Source: a virus
DNA: 64,000 nt
Direction: 5' to 3' (one strand)
IMG/VR virus record: IMGVR_UViG_3300028284_000004
Span: 3,304-67,303 of that record
Below the pieces are notes generated by a model. The model was not told the DNA's origin, made no database searches, and worked only from the letters and a program-made list of their open reading frames with translations. This document shows, piece by piece, positions 18,901 to 28,219 of the stretch (positions are counted from its first letter, which is position 1; every line of letters starts with the position of its first letter). A program made the translations under genes and the position numbers.

Positions 18901-19152
18901 ATGCCAATTTATAGCGTAAGAGATAACGATACTGGAGAGGTTGAGGAGATGATGATGTCTTATTCTTCCCTTACAGAGTATCTAAAAGAACATCCGAATA
19001 AAGAGAGTATCATCACTAAAGCCCCTGGGATCTCCAGCGGTGGTGTTACTCGAGGTGCTTTGACCCAAGCCGGTGATGGTTGGAAAGAAGTGCAAGATCG
19101 GGTTCGAAGCGGAATGCCACCTAAAGATAGACACTTAGTGAGAACAAAATAA
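18901..19152 (+). CDS. conserved small T4-like protein
   Basis: MP.Y start, L..HP, GW.EV..R. Confidence 0.65.
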   Translation: MPIYSVRDNDTGEVEEMMMSYSSLTEYLKEHPNKESIITKAPGISSGGVTRGALTQAGDGWKEVQDRVRSGMPPKDRHLVRTK

Positions 19153-19836
19153 ATGGGTACAATTAAACCTACTCGACTTAGGCTTGAACACCTAATAAAA
19201 TTAGAACCAATGACGTCAAATCAAGAGATTGTATTTAACCATTGGGACAAAAATGACGGAATGGTTTTATCAGGTTCTGCAGGAACTGGTAAGACTTTTA
19301 TATCGCTGTACCATGCAATGAGGAATGTGTTAGATAAAAACACTCCTTATCAAAAGGTACTTATTGTAAGATCTGCAGTTCCTACTCGTGATATGGGTTT
19401 CCTACCAGGAACTCAAGAGGAGAAAGAAGCTGCATATACAATTCCTTACCAAATTATAATAAATGATTTGTTTGGAGACAGGGAAGCATGGAGTAAGTTT
19501 ATACAACTTAAGCAAGTGGAATTTTGCACAACATCGTACCTACGTGGTATGACATTCAATAATACTATTATCATTGTTGATGAAGCCCAAAACTGTAACT
19601 ACCACGAGCTATGTTCTATCATTACTCGTGTTGGTCATGATTGTAAATTTGTTCTTTGTGGCGATTATTACCAGTCTGATTTTACTCGTGAGAGTGATAA
19701 AGATGGTATTAATAACTTCCTTGAAATTCTAGATAATATGAATCGATTCGAATCGGTAGAATTTATCTGGAAAGATATTGTTCGATCAGGTATGGTTAGG
19801 GACTTCATTATGACTAAGGAAATGATGGGGAAATAA
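19153..19836 (+). CDS. phoH: PhoH-like ATPase
   Basis: GSAGTGKT, GFLPG, RGMTF, DEAQN, TRVG, GD..QSD, DIVRSG. Confidence 0.95.
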   Translation: MGTIKPTRLRLEHLIKLEPMTSNQEIVFNHWDKNDGMVLSGSAGTGKTFISLYHAMRNVLDKNTPYQKVLIVRSAVPTRDMGFLPGTQEEKEAAYTIPYQIIINDLFGDREAWSKFIQLKQVEFCTTSYLRGMTFNNTIIIVDEAQNCNYHELCSIITRVGHDCKFVLCGDYYQSDFTRESDKDGINNFLEILDNMNRFESVEFIWKDIVRSGMVRDFIMTKEMMGK

Positions 19837-19837
19837 C

Positions 19838-20014
19838 ATGAAATCTAAATGGCACGGCGGCAAGGGTTCGGATCGACGTCAAGGATCTAACCTTAAGCAA
19901 TACGAAGATAACTGGGAAAAGATCTTCGGGAAGAAAAAGAAAGAGGAGCAGGCAAAAACGGATGATGATCCTGACCCTCCTCGAGAAGCAGAACCTTGGC
20001 ATAACAGACCATGA
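19838..20014 (+). CDS. small hypothetical protein (58 aa, not in ORF track)
   Basis: MKSKWHGGKGSDRR..YEDNWEKIFG, a recurring phage microprotein motif. Confidence 0.65.
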   Translation: MKSKWHGGKGSDRRQGSNLKQYEDNWEKIFGKKKKEEQAKTDDDPDPPREAEPWHNRP

Positions 20015-20019
20015 TTAAT

Positions 20020-20075
20020 AAAATGTACACATTTTGAAAATAAATGTGTACATTTTTCTTTTTTTGTGTTATAAT
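20020..20075 (+). promoter_or_regulatory. hairpin overlapping an early promoter
   Basis: 15-bp perfect inverted repeat 20020-20034/20042-20056; TGTACA(20047)-17-TATAAT(20070). Confidence 0.85.
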
Positions 20076-20103
20076 ATAATCTATTATCAATGAGGCGACA
20101 TAT

Positions 20104-20643
20104 ATGAAAGTCAAGATAGGACCATATCCTACACATCGACGGTACCATAATTGGTTGTTTGAGAAGCTAGGTTGGAAGAATTTGCAGAAAGTATCAGTTC
20201 GTATAGATGATTATGATACTTGGAACATGGACACCACGCTTGCACACATAGTGTTACCTATGTTGATACAACTAAAGACTGGCATGCATGGTTCTCCGAA
20301 TGTCGATTTACAAGATGTGCCAGAGAACCTGCATCCAACAAAGGAAGATCAAGCTGCATACACTAAAAATGGTAAGACTGATCCTAAGTTCTTTGAACGT
20401 TGGGATTGGGTAATAGACGAGATGATCTTTGCCTTTCAGAGCAAGACAGAAGACTGGGAAGATCAATTTTATTCCGGTGAACATGATTTTAACTACATAC
20501 CACGAGAAGATGGTATGACAGAGTTAGTTAAAGGGCCTAATGATACATTTAAAATCGATGGGGAAGGTCGGAAGGCATATCAAGAAAGAATCTCAAACGG
20601 ATTCAGATTATTTGGAAGATACTATGAAAATCTCTGGGACTAA
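20104..20643 (+). CDS. conserved phage hypothetical protein
   Basis: IDDYDTWNMD.TLA..W.W..DEMIFAF..GF.LFG.YY..LWD. Confidence 0.75.
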   Translation: MKVKIGPYPTHRRYHNWLFEKLGWKNLQKVSVRIDDYDTWNMDTTLAHIVLPMLIQLKTGMHGSPNVDLQDVPENLHPTKEDQAAYTKNGKTDPKFFERWDWVIDEMIFAFQSKTEDWEDQFYSGEHDFNYIPREDGMTELVKGPNDTFKIDGEGRKAYQERISNGFRLFGRYYENLWD

Positions 20644-20797
20644 ATCGCATCGGCGGATTACACCTATAAATCCTGTAGCAAAAAATATGGAAAAGTATAA
20701 TAGACCTGCTACCCATAAAGATAAGAAAAAAGAGTCTAAAGTTAAAGGCTATAAAATTGATAAAGCGGAGATAGATGATTATGACAATGAACTATGA
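20624..20797 (+). CDS. small basic hypothetical protein
   Basis: NPVAKN..KYN...HKDKKK. Confidence 0.6.
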   Translation: MKISGTKSHRRITPINPVAKNMEKYNRPATHKDKKKESKVKGYKIDKAEIDDYDNEL

Positions 20798-20996
20798 ACG
20801 CCGGTGGGCTGTAAATAACACAAGGCAATTTTTAGTAGATCTAATGAATCCTAAGAAGACACCCCGTGTACCCAAAGCAGTAAGAACCGAAGCATACCGC
20901 TGCCTTAAACATTATCCTGGTGAGTACTATATGGAAGAGGCAGCAAAGCAGGCCCCAGAAATATTTGGTGAATGGGTTGGTGCCGAAGAGCGATGA
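20781..20996 (+). CDS. BPSL0761-like small protein
   Basis: MT...ER..A...R.FL..L..TPRVP..VR..A...LKHYP. Confidence 0.7.
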   Translation: MTMNYERRWAVNNTRQFLVDLMNPKKTPRVPKAVRTEAYRCLKHYPGEYYMEEAAKQAPEIFGEWVGAEER

Positions 20997-21211
20997 AAGA
21001 AATTACAGATAAAGAATACGCGCTGTTTCAGAAACTCGCAAAGGTTTGGTATCATACTCAACCTGATAAGAGTGGTTCGTTCTTTATCTGCGGTGAAGGT
21101 GGTGAATCTGATGAACACGGATTACCTGAAATGATTTTGGTGTGTCCTCAGATGGGTACGAATATCACCGCAGTATATAAAAGAGATTTAGTAGGCAAGA
21201 GCGGACAATGA
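20993..21211 (+). CDS. hypothetical protein
   Basis: ATGA-coupled; FFICGEGG..D..GLP..I.VCP. Confidence 0.7.
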   Translation: MKEITDKEYALFQKLAKVWYHTQPDKSGSFFICGEGGESDEHGLPEMILVCPQMGTNITAVYKRDLVGKSGQ

Positions 21212-21582
21212 TTTCATATAGTACAAACTTCATGGGTCCTATATCGATGAACTGGTTTCGCGAACGTGGGCTTACACGCAAGGTCAGTAAGGTTCTTGAA
21301 GAAGGTAGGAAATTCTATCCTAAAGGCCTTGGACCAGGTGACGTGTGGGAGTATGATGAAATCACTACACATTATTCTGGCGGACGTATTGACATTCGTG
21401 ATAGTAGTAAACAAGGTTATGACGGTTGGGACGAATACGGTGTAGCACCAATGCATGAAGAAGATTGGAATGCACTTGGAGATTTCCTATGGGACTTAGA
21501 AACTGACGTACAGTTGAGTTATGAACAACTCATCGAGCGTTTTGAACTTTGGCACGGTAAAGAGATAAAGTGGGCAGATTAA
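21208..21582 (+). CDS. hypothetical protein
   Basis: ATGA-coupled 124 aa ORF. Confidence 0.7.
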   Translation: MISYSTNFMGPISMNWFRERGLTRKVSKVLEEGRKFYPKGLGPGDVWEYDEITTHYSGGRIDIRDSSKQGYDGWDEYGVAPMHEEDWNALGDFLWDLETDVQLSYEQLIERFELWHGKEIKWAD

Positions 21583-21592
21583 ATAATATGTG

Positions 21593-21621
21593 TGTACATA
21601 TTTAATAAAACGTGTTATAAT
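21593..21621 (+). promoter_or_regulatory. early/sigma70-type promoter
   Basis: TGTACA-17-TATAAT with extended TG. Confidence 0.85.
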
Positions 21622-21633
21622 ATAGGATAAGTT

Positions 21634-21795
21634 ATGAATTACAAAATAGCAGAATTTGACAACGACTATGATAGTTTAATACGAACGTTTTACGAAACGT
21701 TTGACACTCGCGAGAAAGCGGATGAATGGTGTACTAAAAACTCATGGTCAGGGTCTGACTATATGGTATTAAAGGAGATACCCGATGAAGAGTAA
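21634..21795 (+). CDS. small hypothetical protein (53 aa, not in ORF track)
   Basis: AGGA RBS after the promoter; MNYKIAEFD..EIPDEE*. Confidence 0.65.
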   Translation: MNYKIAEFDNDYDSLIRTFYETFDTREKADEWCTKNSWSGSDYMVLKEIPDEE

Positions 21796-22012
21796 ACTAG
21801 ATAAATATTATGACAAGATAACTGCAGATATGGATAAGTTACAAGAATGCATGGAAACTAACTTACATCTTGTCGACCCTGAAACTGTAATTGCCTTAGT
21901 CGAAACTGCTAGATTTAAGTGGAATTTCTTAAATGATGAAGATAAAGATTATGTACATGCATGTGAGATGGCAATTAACGAAAGAATAACCTGGAATATA
22001 AATGAAGATTGA
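21785..22012 (+). CDS. hypothetical protein
   Basis: AAGGAG RBS; 75 aa. Confidence 0.7.
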   Translation: MKSKLDKYYDKITADMDKLQECMETNLHLVDPETVIALVETARFKWNFLNDEDKDYVHACEMAINERITWNINED

Positions 22013-22124
22013 AATTAACTTCTCAATAGATACTGAGAAAGATAAGCAAGAAGCTGAAGAATTATTAGAGATTTTGAAAGCATTAAAAGAATTAATACAG
22101 GATTTAAAGTACGATGACGTTTAA
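22002..22124 (+). CDS. small hypothetical protein (40 aa, not in ORF track)
   Basis: MKIEINFSIDTE.. fills the gap and overlaps both neighbours. Confidence 0.55.
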   Translation: MKIEINFSIDTEKDKQEAEELLEILKALKELIQDLKYDDV

Positions 22125-22788
22125 ACATGAACCAGTTGCCCTAGGGTATGATGACTTAAACACTGAAACAGGTAAAGGCGGCCGCTTCTATCAAGCGCCT
22201 ACGGGTAAAAAATACCCCTCCGTTACGACTGTCCTTAGCATTTTAAGCGAAGATCATATCCGTGAGTGGAGAGCCCGTGTTGGAGAAGAGGAAGCGAATA
22301 AGATTTCTCACCGGGCATCCACTCGGGGCACAGCTGTTCATGAAATACTTGAAAAGTATGTGGATAATGACGAAGACTTTGACAAAGACGTAATGCCACA
22401 TATTATGGAAACATTCAAGCAAGCTAAACCAGTACTAGATGAAAGGTTATCTTTAGTCTATGCACAGGAAGCTGCTCTGTATTCTGATCATCTTGGTCTT
22501 GCAGGCCGAGTCGATTTAGTTGGCGTATGGGATGGAAAAATCTCTATCATTGACTATAAGACTTCTGCTAAGACTAAGAGGAGAGAATGGTGTGAAGGTT
22601 ACTTTGTTCAGGAAGCTGCATATGCAATTATGTGGGAAGAACGGACTGGCATGCCTATTACACAACTTGTCACCGTTATAGCAGGTGACGAAGGGAATCA
22701 GGTGTTTATCGAACACCGAGACAATTGGACGTCTAAATTGCTAGAAACTATTGCAGAATATAACCGAAGGAAGTTATTTGGACGATGA
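22114..22788 (+). CDS. PD-(D/E)XK exonuclease (RecB/Cas4-like, no Fe-S cysteines)
   Basis: YPSVTTVL, RGTAVH, AGRVD, IIDYKTS, Q..AY. Confidence 0.88.
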   Translation: MTFKHEPVALGYDDLNTETGKGGRFYQAPTGKKYPSVTTVLSILSEDHIREWRARVGEEEANKISHRASTRGTAVHEILEKYVDNDEDFDKDVMPHIMETFKQAKPVLDERLSLVYAQEAALYSDHLGLAGRVDLVGVWDGKISIIDYKTSAKTKRREWCEGYFVQEAAYAIMWEERTGMPITQLVTVIAGDEGNQVFIEHRDNWTSKLLETIAEYNRRKLFGR

Positions 22789-23336
22789 AAACTAAATATA
22801 TTATGGCCATGGTATTGGCCGCAACGATACCAACAACAGCTCAAGCCAAAACAATCTTAAGTGTCGGTATGACCGAAGAGACCATTAATGATGTACCATA
22901 TGTCGGAACTTTAAATGGTAATGGATACGGTATTAAACTTAAGCGTGAGTTTGGTAAACTTAATGCATCAGTATATCATCGAAGCATCGATTTCGATGTA
23001 CCGTTCTTAGATGAACAAACTGTTACTCAACTACAAGTTGGAACTAATCTAAGACTTAATTATATGGATGTATATGGCTCAACTGGTGTGAGTATTGATC
23101 AGGATAATGATAAATCACATATTATTGAAGGAGGGGCATTTGTTCCACTGACTAATAATATGTTTACTCACGTAAATCTAAAGTACATTAATGCTGATGA
23201 CAAAACCATTAGGCAAACGATATACCTAGGGTATAAGTTGTCTACTGAGTATATTATACAAGCTGGCATCGGTAAGACCACGGGTAGTGATTATCCAATG
23301 GAGCATGTCGCAGTAACTATGTCATACGTATTTTAA
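22785..23336 (+). CDS. putative outer-membrane beta-barrel protein
   Basis: Signal peptide (AQA-K), alternating hydrophobic strands, C-terminal Y-x-F beta-signal (TMSYVF). Confidence 0.65.
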   Translation: MKTKYIMAMVLAATIPTTAQAKTILSVGMTEETINDVPYVGTLNGNGYGIKLKREFGKLNASVYHRSIDFDVPFLDEQTVTQLQVGTNLRLNYMDVYGSTGVSIDQDNDKSHIIEGGAFVPLTNNMFTHVNLKYINADDKTIRQTIYLGYKLSTEYIIQAGIGKTTGSDYPMEHVAVTMSYVF

Positions 23337-23339
23337 CTG

Positions 23340-23368
23340 TGTACATTTGATGTTAACTATGTTATAAT
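23340..23368 (+). promoter_or_regulatory. early/sigma70-type promoter
   Basis: TGTACA-17-TATAAT with extended TG. Confidence 0.85.
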
Positions 23369-23407
23369 GGTATCGTTAATCGTTATTGTGTAAAGAGGTA
23401 TAATATT

Positions 23408-23725
23408 ATGTCAACATATAATCCGGATTCTTGGATAGTATTAAAAGTGTTGGGCGATAATCCGTTCTATAAAGTACTTGGCGGTTGGTCAGGTGGTTAC
23501 CTCGATGGTGACCACTGGCGAATCAATAGCGGTATCAAATCAGTAACATTCGATGGCCAATACTTTTGCTTCGAAGGTTTTAGCGGCAGTGTATACCAAT
23601 GTCATAAAGACGGTTACGGTATTCGTATGAGTATTGCCGGGGTTTACAATAAATTATCTAGTGCGAATCTAGTCGAACTCATGCCTGAAACTACAGTATG
23701 GGAAGAGTTGGACTATGGTTCATAG
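23408..23725 (+). CDS. conserved phage hypothetical protein
   Basis: Y.PD.W..YKV..GWSGGYL.GD.WRINSGI. Confidence 0.75.
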   Translation: MSTYNPDSWIVLKVLGDNPFYKVLGGWSGGYLDGDHWRINSGIKSVTFDGQYFCFEGFSGSVYQCHKDGYGIRMSIAGVYNKLSSANLVELMPETTVWEELDYGS

Positions 23726-23891
23726 GGATATATCTTTAGAAACAGAAGCAAAACAGCAGATTAGTATTTGTTGTCAAACCTTGTGTGACTCATCAGTAGT
23801 CACGGAATATATTAAATTTTTAGAAGAAAGAATTGATCAGTTGGAGAGTAAATGTGAACAACTTAATAAGAAATGCAATAAGAACACCTGA
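23715..23891 (+). CDS. possible small hypothetical protein (58 aa)
   Basis: MVHRDISLE.. fills the gap and overlaps both neighbours. Confidence 0.45.
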   Translation: MVHRDISLETEAKQQISICCQTLCDSSVVTEYIKFLEERIDQLESKCEQLNKKCNKNT

Positions 23892-24237
23892 TGGTACGGT
23901 ATTAGAATCTACTCATCGTCACGACTATAAGACACATACTGATGCAAACGGCAAAGAGTATATGATTGATGGTGGACGTGATTATGTGAGACGTTCTGCG
24001 AATGGTGATGAGGTTGATTTGTGTCTACATGATGACGAACCCCACGCCGTTCAACGGCATATAATTAAATGGGGCAGCCGTGGCATTAATGGTGATCAAC
24101 CAGTAACATTTAAATCTGTTGCAGATATGGATACTGATCATATTGATGCAGTATTGACAAATTGTATGGCGGCACCGGTTATTAGAAATTGCATGGTAAA
24201 AGAATTAACTGATAGAGGCTTTTATGAAGAAGATTAG
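23854..24237 (+). CDS. conserved phage hypothetical protein
   Basis: GGAG RBS + GTG start; NAI.TPDGT.L.S.HRHDY..IDGG.DY. Confidence 0.7.
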   Translation: MNNLIRNAIRTPDGTVLESTHRHDYKTHTDANGKEYMIDGGRDYVRRSANGDEVDLCLHDDEPHAVQRHIIKWGSRGINGDQPVTFKSVADMDTDHIDAVLTNCMAAPVIRNCMVKELTDRGFYEED

Positions 24238-25558
24238 GATCGTAAGCTGTAATGATTCAATGAAATGGTATTGGAATAGCATTGGTCAAGAAGTGGAATA
24301 CAACGGAACAGTTATAGGTCCAGACAATAACGGCGGTATAGAATACCGTTGTAGGGATAATTACGGTTATATTAATTTTGTTTCCGGCAATGATGCAGTA
24401 GTAGTTGGTAAAGGGGACATTGATTCACGATTAGAAAAAATGGTAGCTGATGAAACGTTTCGCCAAGTAAGTACAATAGAACTTATTGCTAGTGAGAACT
24501 TTGCTAGTGAAGCTGTTATGAAACTTGCTGGTAGTGTTCTTACGAATAAGTATGCTGAAGGTTATCCAGGTAAGCGTTACTATAATGGATGCGACCATAT
24601 GGATTCTATTGAGCAACTTGCTATCGATACATTATGTGATTTGTTTGGTTCTAACTATGCGAATGTCCAACCACATTGTGGAGCAAATGCTAATACTGCG
24701 GTGTATCAAGCATTCCTAAAACCAGGTGATAAGATCCTTGGTATGGATTTGGCTAGCGGCGGACACTTGAGTCATGGTAGTCCACCAAATATCTCAGGTA
24801 AAGTATATGATGCATATACCTATGGTGTTGATGCTAATGGATTATTAGATTACGATGAGATTAGAGCTAAGGCCATTGAAGTCCAACCTAAGATGATTGT
24901 TGCTGGAGCAAGCGCATATCCGAGAAGAATTAATTGGAAACTTTTTAGAGAAATTGCAGATGAAGTCGGGGCATTGTTATTAGTTGATATGGCTCATTAC
25001 TCGGGCCTTATTGCTGGTGGAGTATATCCTAATCCTGTACCGCATGCTCATGTGGTTACATCTACTACACACAAGACTTTGCGAGGCCCAAGAGGCGGAG
25101 TAATACTTTGGAACGAAGAAGCATTTAGTAAACGTATTAATGGGGCAATCTTTCCTGGTACTCAGGGTGGTCCACTGATGCATATCATTGCAGCTAAGGC
25201 ACAATGTTTCATTGAAGCTAATACTCTAGAGTTTAGAGATTATGCTTATAATGTTGTACAGAATGCTAAAGCTATGTGTAAAGTATTTGAGGAAAATGGG
25301 TTTCCAGTCCAGACTGGTGGAACGGATAGTCATGTTATCTTAATGGATTTGAGCAATAGTAAGTACAGTGGAAGAGAAGCTGCAGACCTATTAGAAGAGA
25401 ACGGGATTACTGTCAATAAGAATGGTATACCAAATGACCCACGTTCATTCATGGAAACCAGTGGTATTCGTATTGGAACAGCAGCAGAAACAACACGGAA
25501 GATGTCTAATCCAGCGTTCAAGGAGCTGGCAAAAAAGATTGTAAATATATTAAAATAA
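24224..25558 (+). CDS. glyA: serine hydroxymethyltransferase with about 60 aa N-terminal extension
   Basis: LIASEN, YAEGYPGKRYY, GGHLSHG, DMAH, TTHKTLRGPRGG (PLP lysine), FPGTQGGP. Confidence 0.96.
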   Translation: MKKIRIVSCNDSMKWYWNSIGQEVEYNGTVIGPDNNGGIEYRCRDNYGYINFVSGNDAVVVGKGDIDSRLEKMVADETFRQVSTIELIASENFASEAVMKLAGSVLTNKYAEGYPGKRYYNGCDHMDSIEQLAIDTLCDLFGSNYANVQPHCGANANTAVYQAFLKPGDKILGMDLASGGHLSHGSPPNISGKVYDAYTYGVDANGLLDYDEIRAKAIEVQPKMIVAGASAYPRRINWKLFREIADEVGALLLVDMAHYSGLIAGGVYPNPVPHAHVVTSTTHKTLRGPRGGVILWNEEAFSKRINGAIFPGTQGGPLMHIIAAKAQCFIEANTLEFRDYAYNVVQNAKAMCKVFEENGFPVQTGGTDSHVILMDLSNSKYSGREAADLLEENGITVNKNGIPNDPRSFMETSGIRIGTAAETTRKMSNPAFKELAKKIVNILK

Positions 25559-25561
25559 CTG

Positions 25562-25590
25562 TGTACAAGGATGTATTTCTATGGTATAAT
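25562..25590 (+). promoter_or_regulatory. early/sigma70-type promoter
   Basis: TGTACA-17-TATAAT with extended TG. Confidence 0.85.
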
Positions 25591-25622
25591 ACCTATATAA
25601 ATTGTTAAAGATTAGGAATATA

Positions 25623-26201
25623 ATGAAAGATAATATAATATTGGTAGATTGTGATGGTGTTTTGTGTGATTGGGAATATAGCTTTACTCAATGGATGCAC
25701 CATCAAGGTATTATGACTGTAGATGACATGCAGTATGACATTGCAAAACGTTTTCAGATCGAAAGAAAATATGCTAAAACCTTAGTAAAGTTATTCAACG
25801 AGTCAGCAGCAATTGCTTTCTTACCTCCCCTGCGTGATGCAGTATATTACATGAAACGACTTAATATGTTACATGGATATAAGTTCCACTGCATCACTTC
25901 ATTAAGTACTAACCGTTATGCCCAAAAGTTACGTCAACAGAACCTGACTCTATTGTTTGGTGATATCTTTGATGATATGATTTTCTTGGGTTGTGGTGAT
26001 GATAAAGATGAAGCATTAGAACCATACAAAGATACTGGTTGCTGGTGGATTGAAGATAAACCAGACAATGCTCGTGTCGGAGCTAGTCTTGGATTAAAGC
26101 CTATCTTGGTTGCCCACGACCACAACTCTGAAGAAGTTAACAGTGAGCTTCCACGCTATTGGAAATGGAAAGAAATCTATAAGCACATTGTAGGCGAATA
26201 A
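25623..26201 (+). CDS. HAD-superfamily phosphatase (5'(3')-nucleotidase-like)
   Basis: DCDGV motif I, ITS, K, WIED motif IV. Confidence 0.85.
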   Translation: MKDNIILVDCDGVLCDWEYSFTQWMHHQGIMTVDDMQYDIAKRFQIERKYAKTLVKLFNESAAIAFLPPLRDAVYYMKRLNMLHGYKFHCITSLSTNRYAQKLRQQNLTLLFGDIFDDMIFLGCGDDKDEALEPYKDTGCWWIEDKPDNARVGASLGLKPILVAHDHNSEEVNSELPRYWKWKEIYKHIVGE

Positions 26202-26779
26202 TGTCAGGTACACAACTATTTTTTGGTACTCCAATATATCATCAAAGCTTAGATCTGGGTGTTACTACATCCCTAGAAGAATTAGAGCTTAAAGGCGTAT
26301 ACAACAACGATTATCATCAAGATAACGATATGCAGTTTAGTACTTTTAACGAGCATACAAATATTATTCAACGTGAGGAAGTCACTGACCTATCAAATTT
26401 GTTTATCGAGCATGCTCAAGCATATGTTAAAAGTCTAAATAAAGATATTGATGTTTCTCAAATGAGAATTATAGATTCGTGGTTTAACAAGTATGGTAAA
26501 GATGGATTTGTTGGTTGGCACGATCACGGATATATCCCCAATACTATAGCTATGGTTTACTATATCGATATTCATGATGGCGACTTACACTTTAAGTCAC
26601 CAAATCCGTTTGATATTGGATTCCCGGTATTTCAAACAAGTCCAATGACTGATAACGAGATAATCATTAAGCCGAACCCTCGAGATTTGTTTATGTTTCC
26701 ATCATGGCTTAGACATAAATCAACACGAAATACATCAGGGTTAAAGCGTAAAATATTTTCAGCTAATTTGCGTTTTTAG
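26201..26779 (+). CDS. 2OG-Fe(II) oxygenase
   Basis: SWFN, HDH, FPSWLRH, R..SAN. Confidence 0.8.
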   Translation: MSGTQLFFGTPIYHQSLDLGVTTSLEELELKGVYNNDYHQDNDMQFSTFNEHTNIIQREEVTDLSNLFIEHAQAYVKSLNKDIDVSQMRIIDSWFNKYGKDGFVGWHDHGYIPNTIAMVYYIDIHDGDLHFKSPNPFDIGFPVFQTSPMTDNEIIIKPNPRDLFMFPSWLRHKSTRNTSGLKRKIFSANLRF

Positions 26780-26780
26780 A

Positions 26781-26809
26781 TGTACAACCGATATAAAGTA
26801 TGTTATAAT
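26781..26809 (+). promoter_or_regulatory. early/sigma70-type promoter for the tRNA
   Basis: TGTACA-17-TATAAT ending 12 nt upstream of the tRNA. Confidence 0.85.
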
Positions 26810-26821
26810 ACATACATTAAT

Positions 26822-26898
<77 letters not shown>

Positions 26899-26918
26899 AA
26901 TTTTAGAAAGGAAGTATT

Positions 26919-27071
26919 ATGGAAGATACTCAAAAAGAAGTTGTGTGTGAAGTCTTAGCCCGAGCAGTAGAAGCTGCAAAGGCACACACGGAAGAATTGA
27001 ATAGTGGTCCGATGAAGCATACGCTTGCCAAACGGGCTCGGTTAGAAAAGTCAAAAGGTAAACGTCGATAG
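26919..27071 (+). CDS. small hypothetical protein (50 aa, not in ORF track)
   Basis: AAGGA RBS; MEDTQKEV..KGKRR*. Confidence 0.6.
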   Translation: MEDTQKEVVCEVLARAVEAAKAHTEELNSGPMKHTLAKRARLEKSKGKRR

Positions 27072-27085
27072 AAGAGGTATATGGT

Positions 27086-27259
27086 ATGAAATTTGATAGA
27101 CATGATGTATATGAATACGTAAAGAAAGTTGCGTTTAATCCAATTACACCTATAGTAATTGGTATAGCAAACCTTGTAGTTGCTGACAGCCTCGCTGGTG
27201 CGACCCTTGGCTGCATTCTTATTGTAGCTGGTATCTCTGATTGGTATGAAAATCAATGA
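27086..27259 (+). CDS. small membrane protein (57 aa, not in ORF track)
   Basis: GAGG RBS; two hydrophobic segments; ATGA overlap with the next gene. Confidence 0.6.
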   Translation: MKFDRHDVYEYVKKVAFNPITPIVIGIANLVVADSLAGATLGCILIVAGISDWYENQ

Positions 27260-27975
27260 TTATCCATGCTGCGATTTTAACTTCAGGTCAATTGGGTAAA
27301 CTACAACGTGCAGTCGAAAGTTGTACCGGTAAGTTTCAAGAGATTACGGTGGTCATTAATACAATGAATCCGTACTACCGTGATAGTGCTATGGCATGGT
27401 GTCAAGAAAACTGTATTGACTATGTTGTAACTGAATCAAATGGAACTCCCTCGAAGGGAAAGAATAGTATGATTCAGTACCTTAAATCGTGTGAAGCAGA
27501 TTATTACTTTATGCTTGATGGTGATGATACGGTACATGAAAAGGTAGAACAATATCTAGAGTTATATACAACGTACTATGAACCAGATATCTTATCGGTA
27601 CAAATTCCTGATGAATTATCTGCAAAGATGTATGCTGATAATTGTATAGGTAATAGACATTATGCCGAATTACGAGATGCTCAATTGCGTCATGCAACAA
27701 ACTTTAGAGTTGTTCTTGCAAACAAAAAAGGATTAGACTACATTAACTACAATGAAGATCTACATACCTTAGAGGATATACATCTGCAGTTTAGGTTGTT
27801 ACAAGACCAGAAGACTTTGTGGGCAGGTAAAATGTATCACGCAAAGGCTTCTGATAGTGGAGTATACATATATGATATGACTACTCGAGGCAATTTTATT
27901 GCTTCAGCATCTAGTATGAGTGATAAAGAACATAATGATTTTTTCGAAAGGTTTTGGCATGGCATTCAAATTTAA
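27256..27975 (+). CDS. GT-A fold (GT2-like) glycosyltransferase
   Basis: SNGTPSKGKN, YFMLDGDD (DxD), ED motif. Confidence 0.7.
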   Translation: MIIHAAILTSGQLGKLQRAVESCTGKFQEITVVINTMNPYYRDSAMAWCQENCIDYVVTESNGTPSKGKNSMIQYLKSCEADYYFMLDGDDTVHEKVEQYLELYTTYYEPDILSVQIPDELSAKMYADNCIGNRHYAELRDAQLRHATNFRVVLANKKGLDYINYNEDLHTLEDIHLQFRLLQDQKTLWAGKMYHAKASDSGVYIYDMTTRGNFIASASSMSDKEHNDFFERFWHGIQI

Positions 27976-28186
27976 ATGGAACTTTCCGATCCTTCGGAAG
28001 ATATCCTCAAAATATAAAGAGCTAGGATTTATTAAGTTTGCTGTATGGTTCTTTATTATATGGTTTGGTACCAAGGTTCTTATTCTTAATGTTATAGGAC
28101 CAATATTTTTTGATATGGAACCATTCCCGGTATTAAACTTGGTTTACGACGGCTTAAAAGGTAGCCTTAATTACCTTTTCAATTGA
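27959..28186 (+). CDS. small membrane protein
   Basis: Hydrophobic FAVWFFIIWFG..ILNVIGPIFF. Confidence 0.6.
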   Translation: MAFKFKWNFPILRKISSKYKELGFIKFAVWFFIIWFGTKVLILNVIGPIFFDMEPFPVLNLVYDGLKGSLNYLFN

Positions 28187-28219
28187 ACTTTAACATTAAC
28201 TATATAAGTGAGAAATACA

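Noticed and set aside
22114-22788. Cas4 indicating a CRISPR system
   Set aside because: No Fe-S cysteine cluster, other cas genes or array; this is a common stand-alone phage exonuclease
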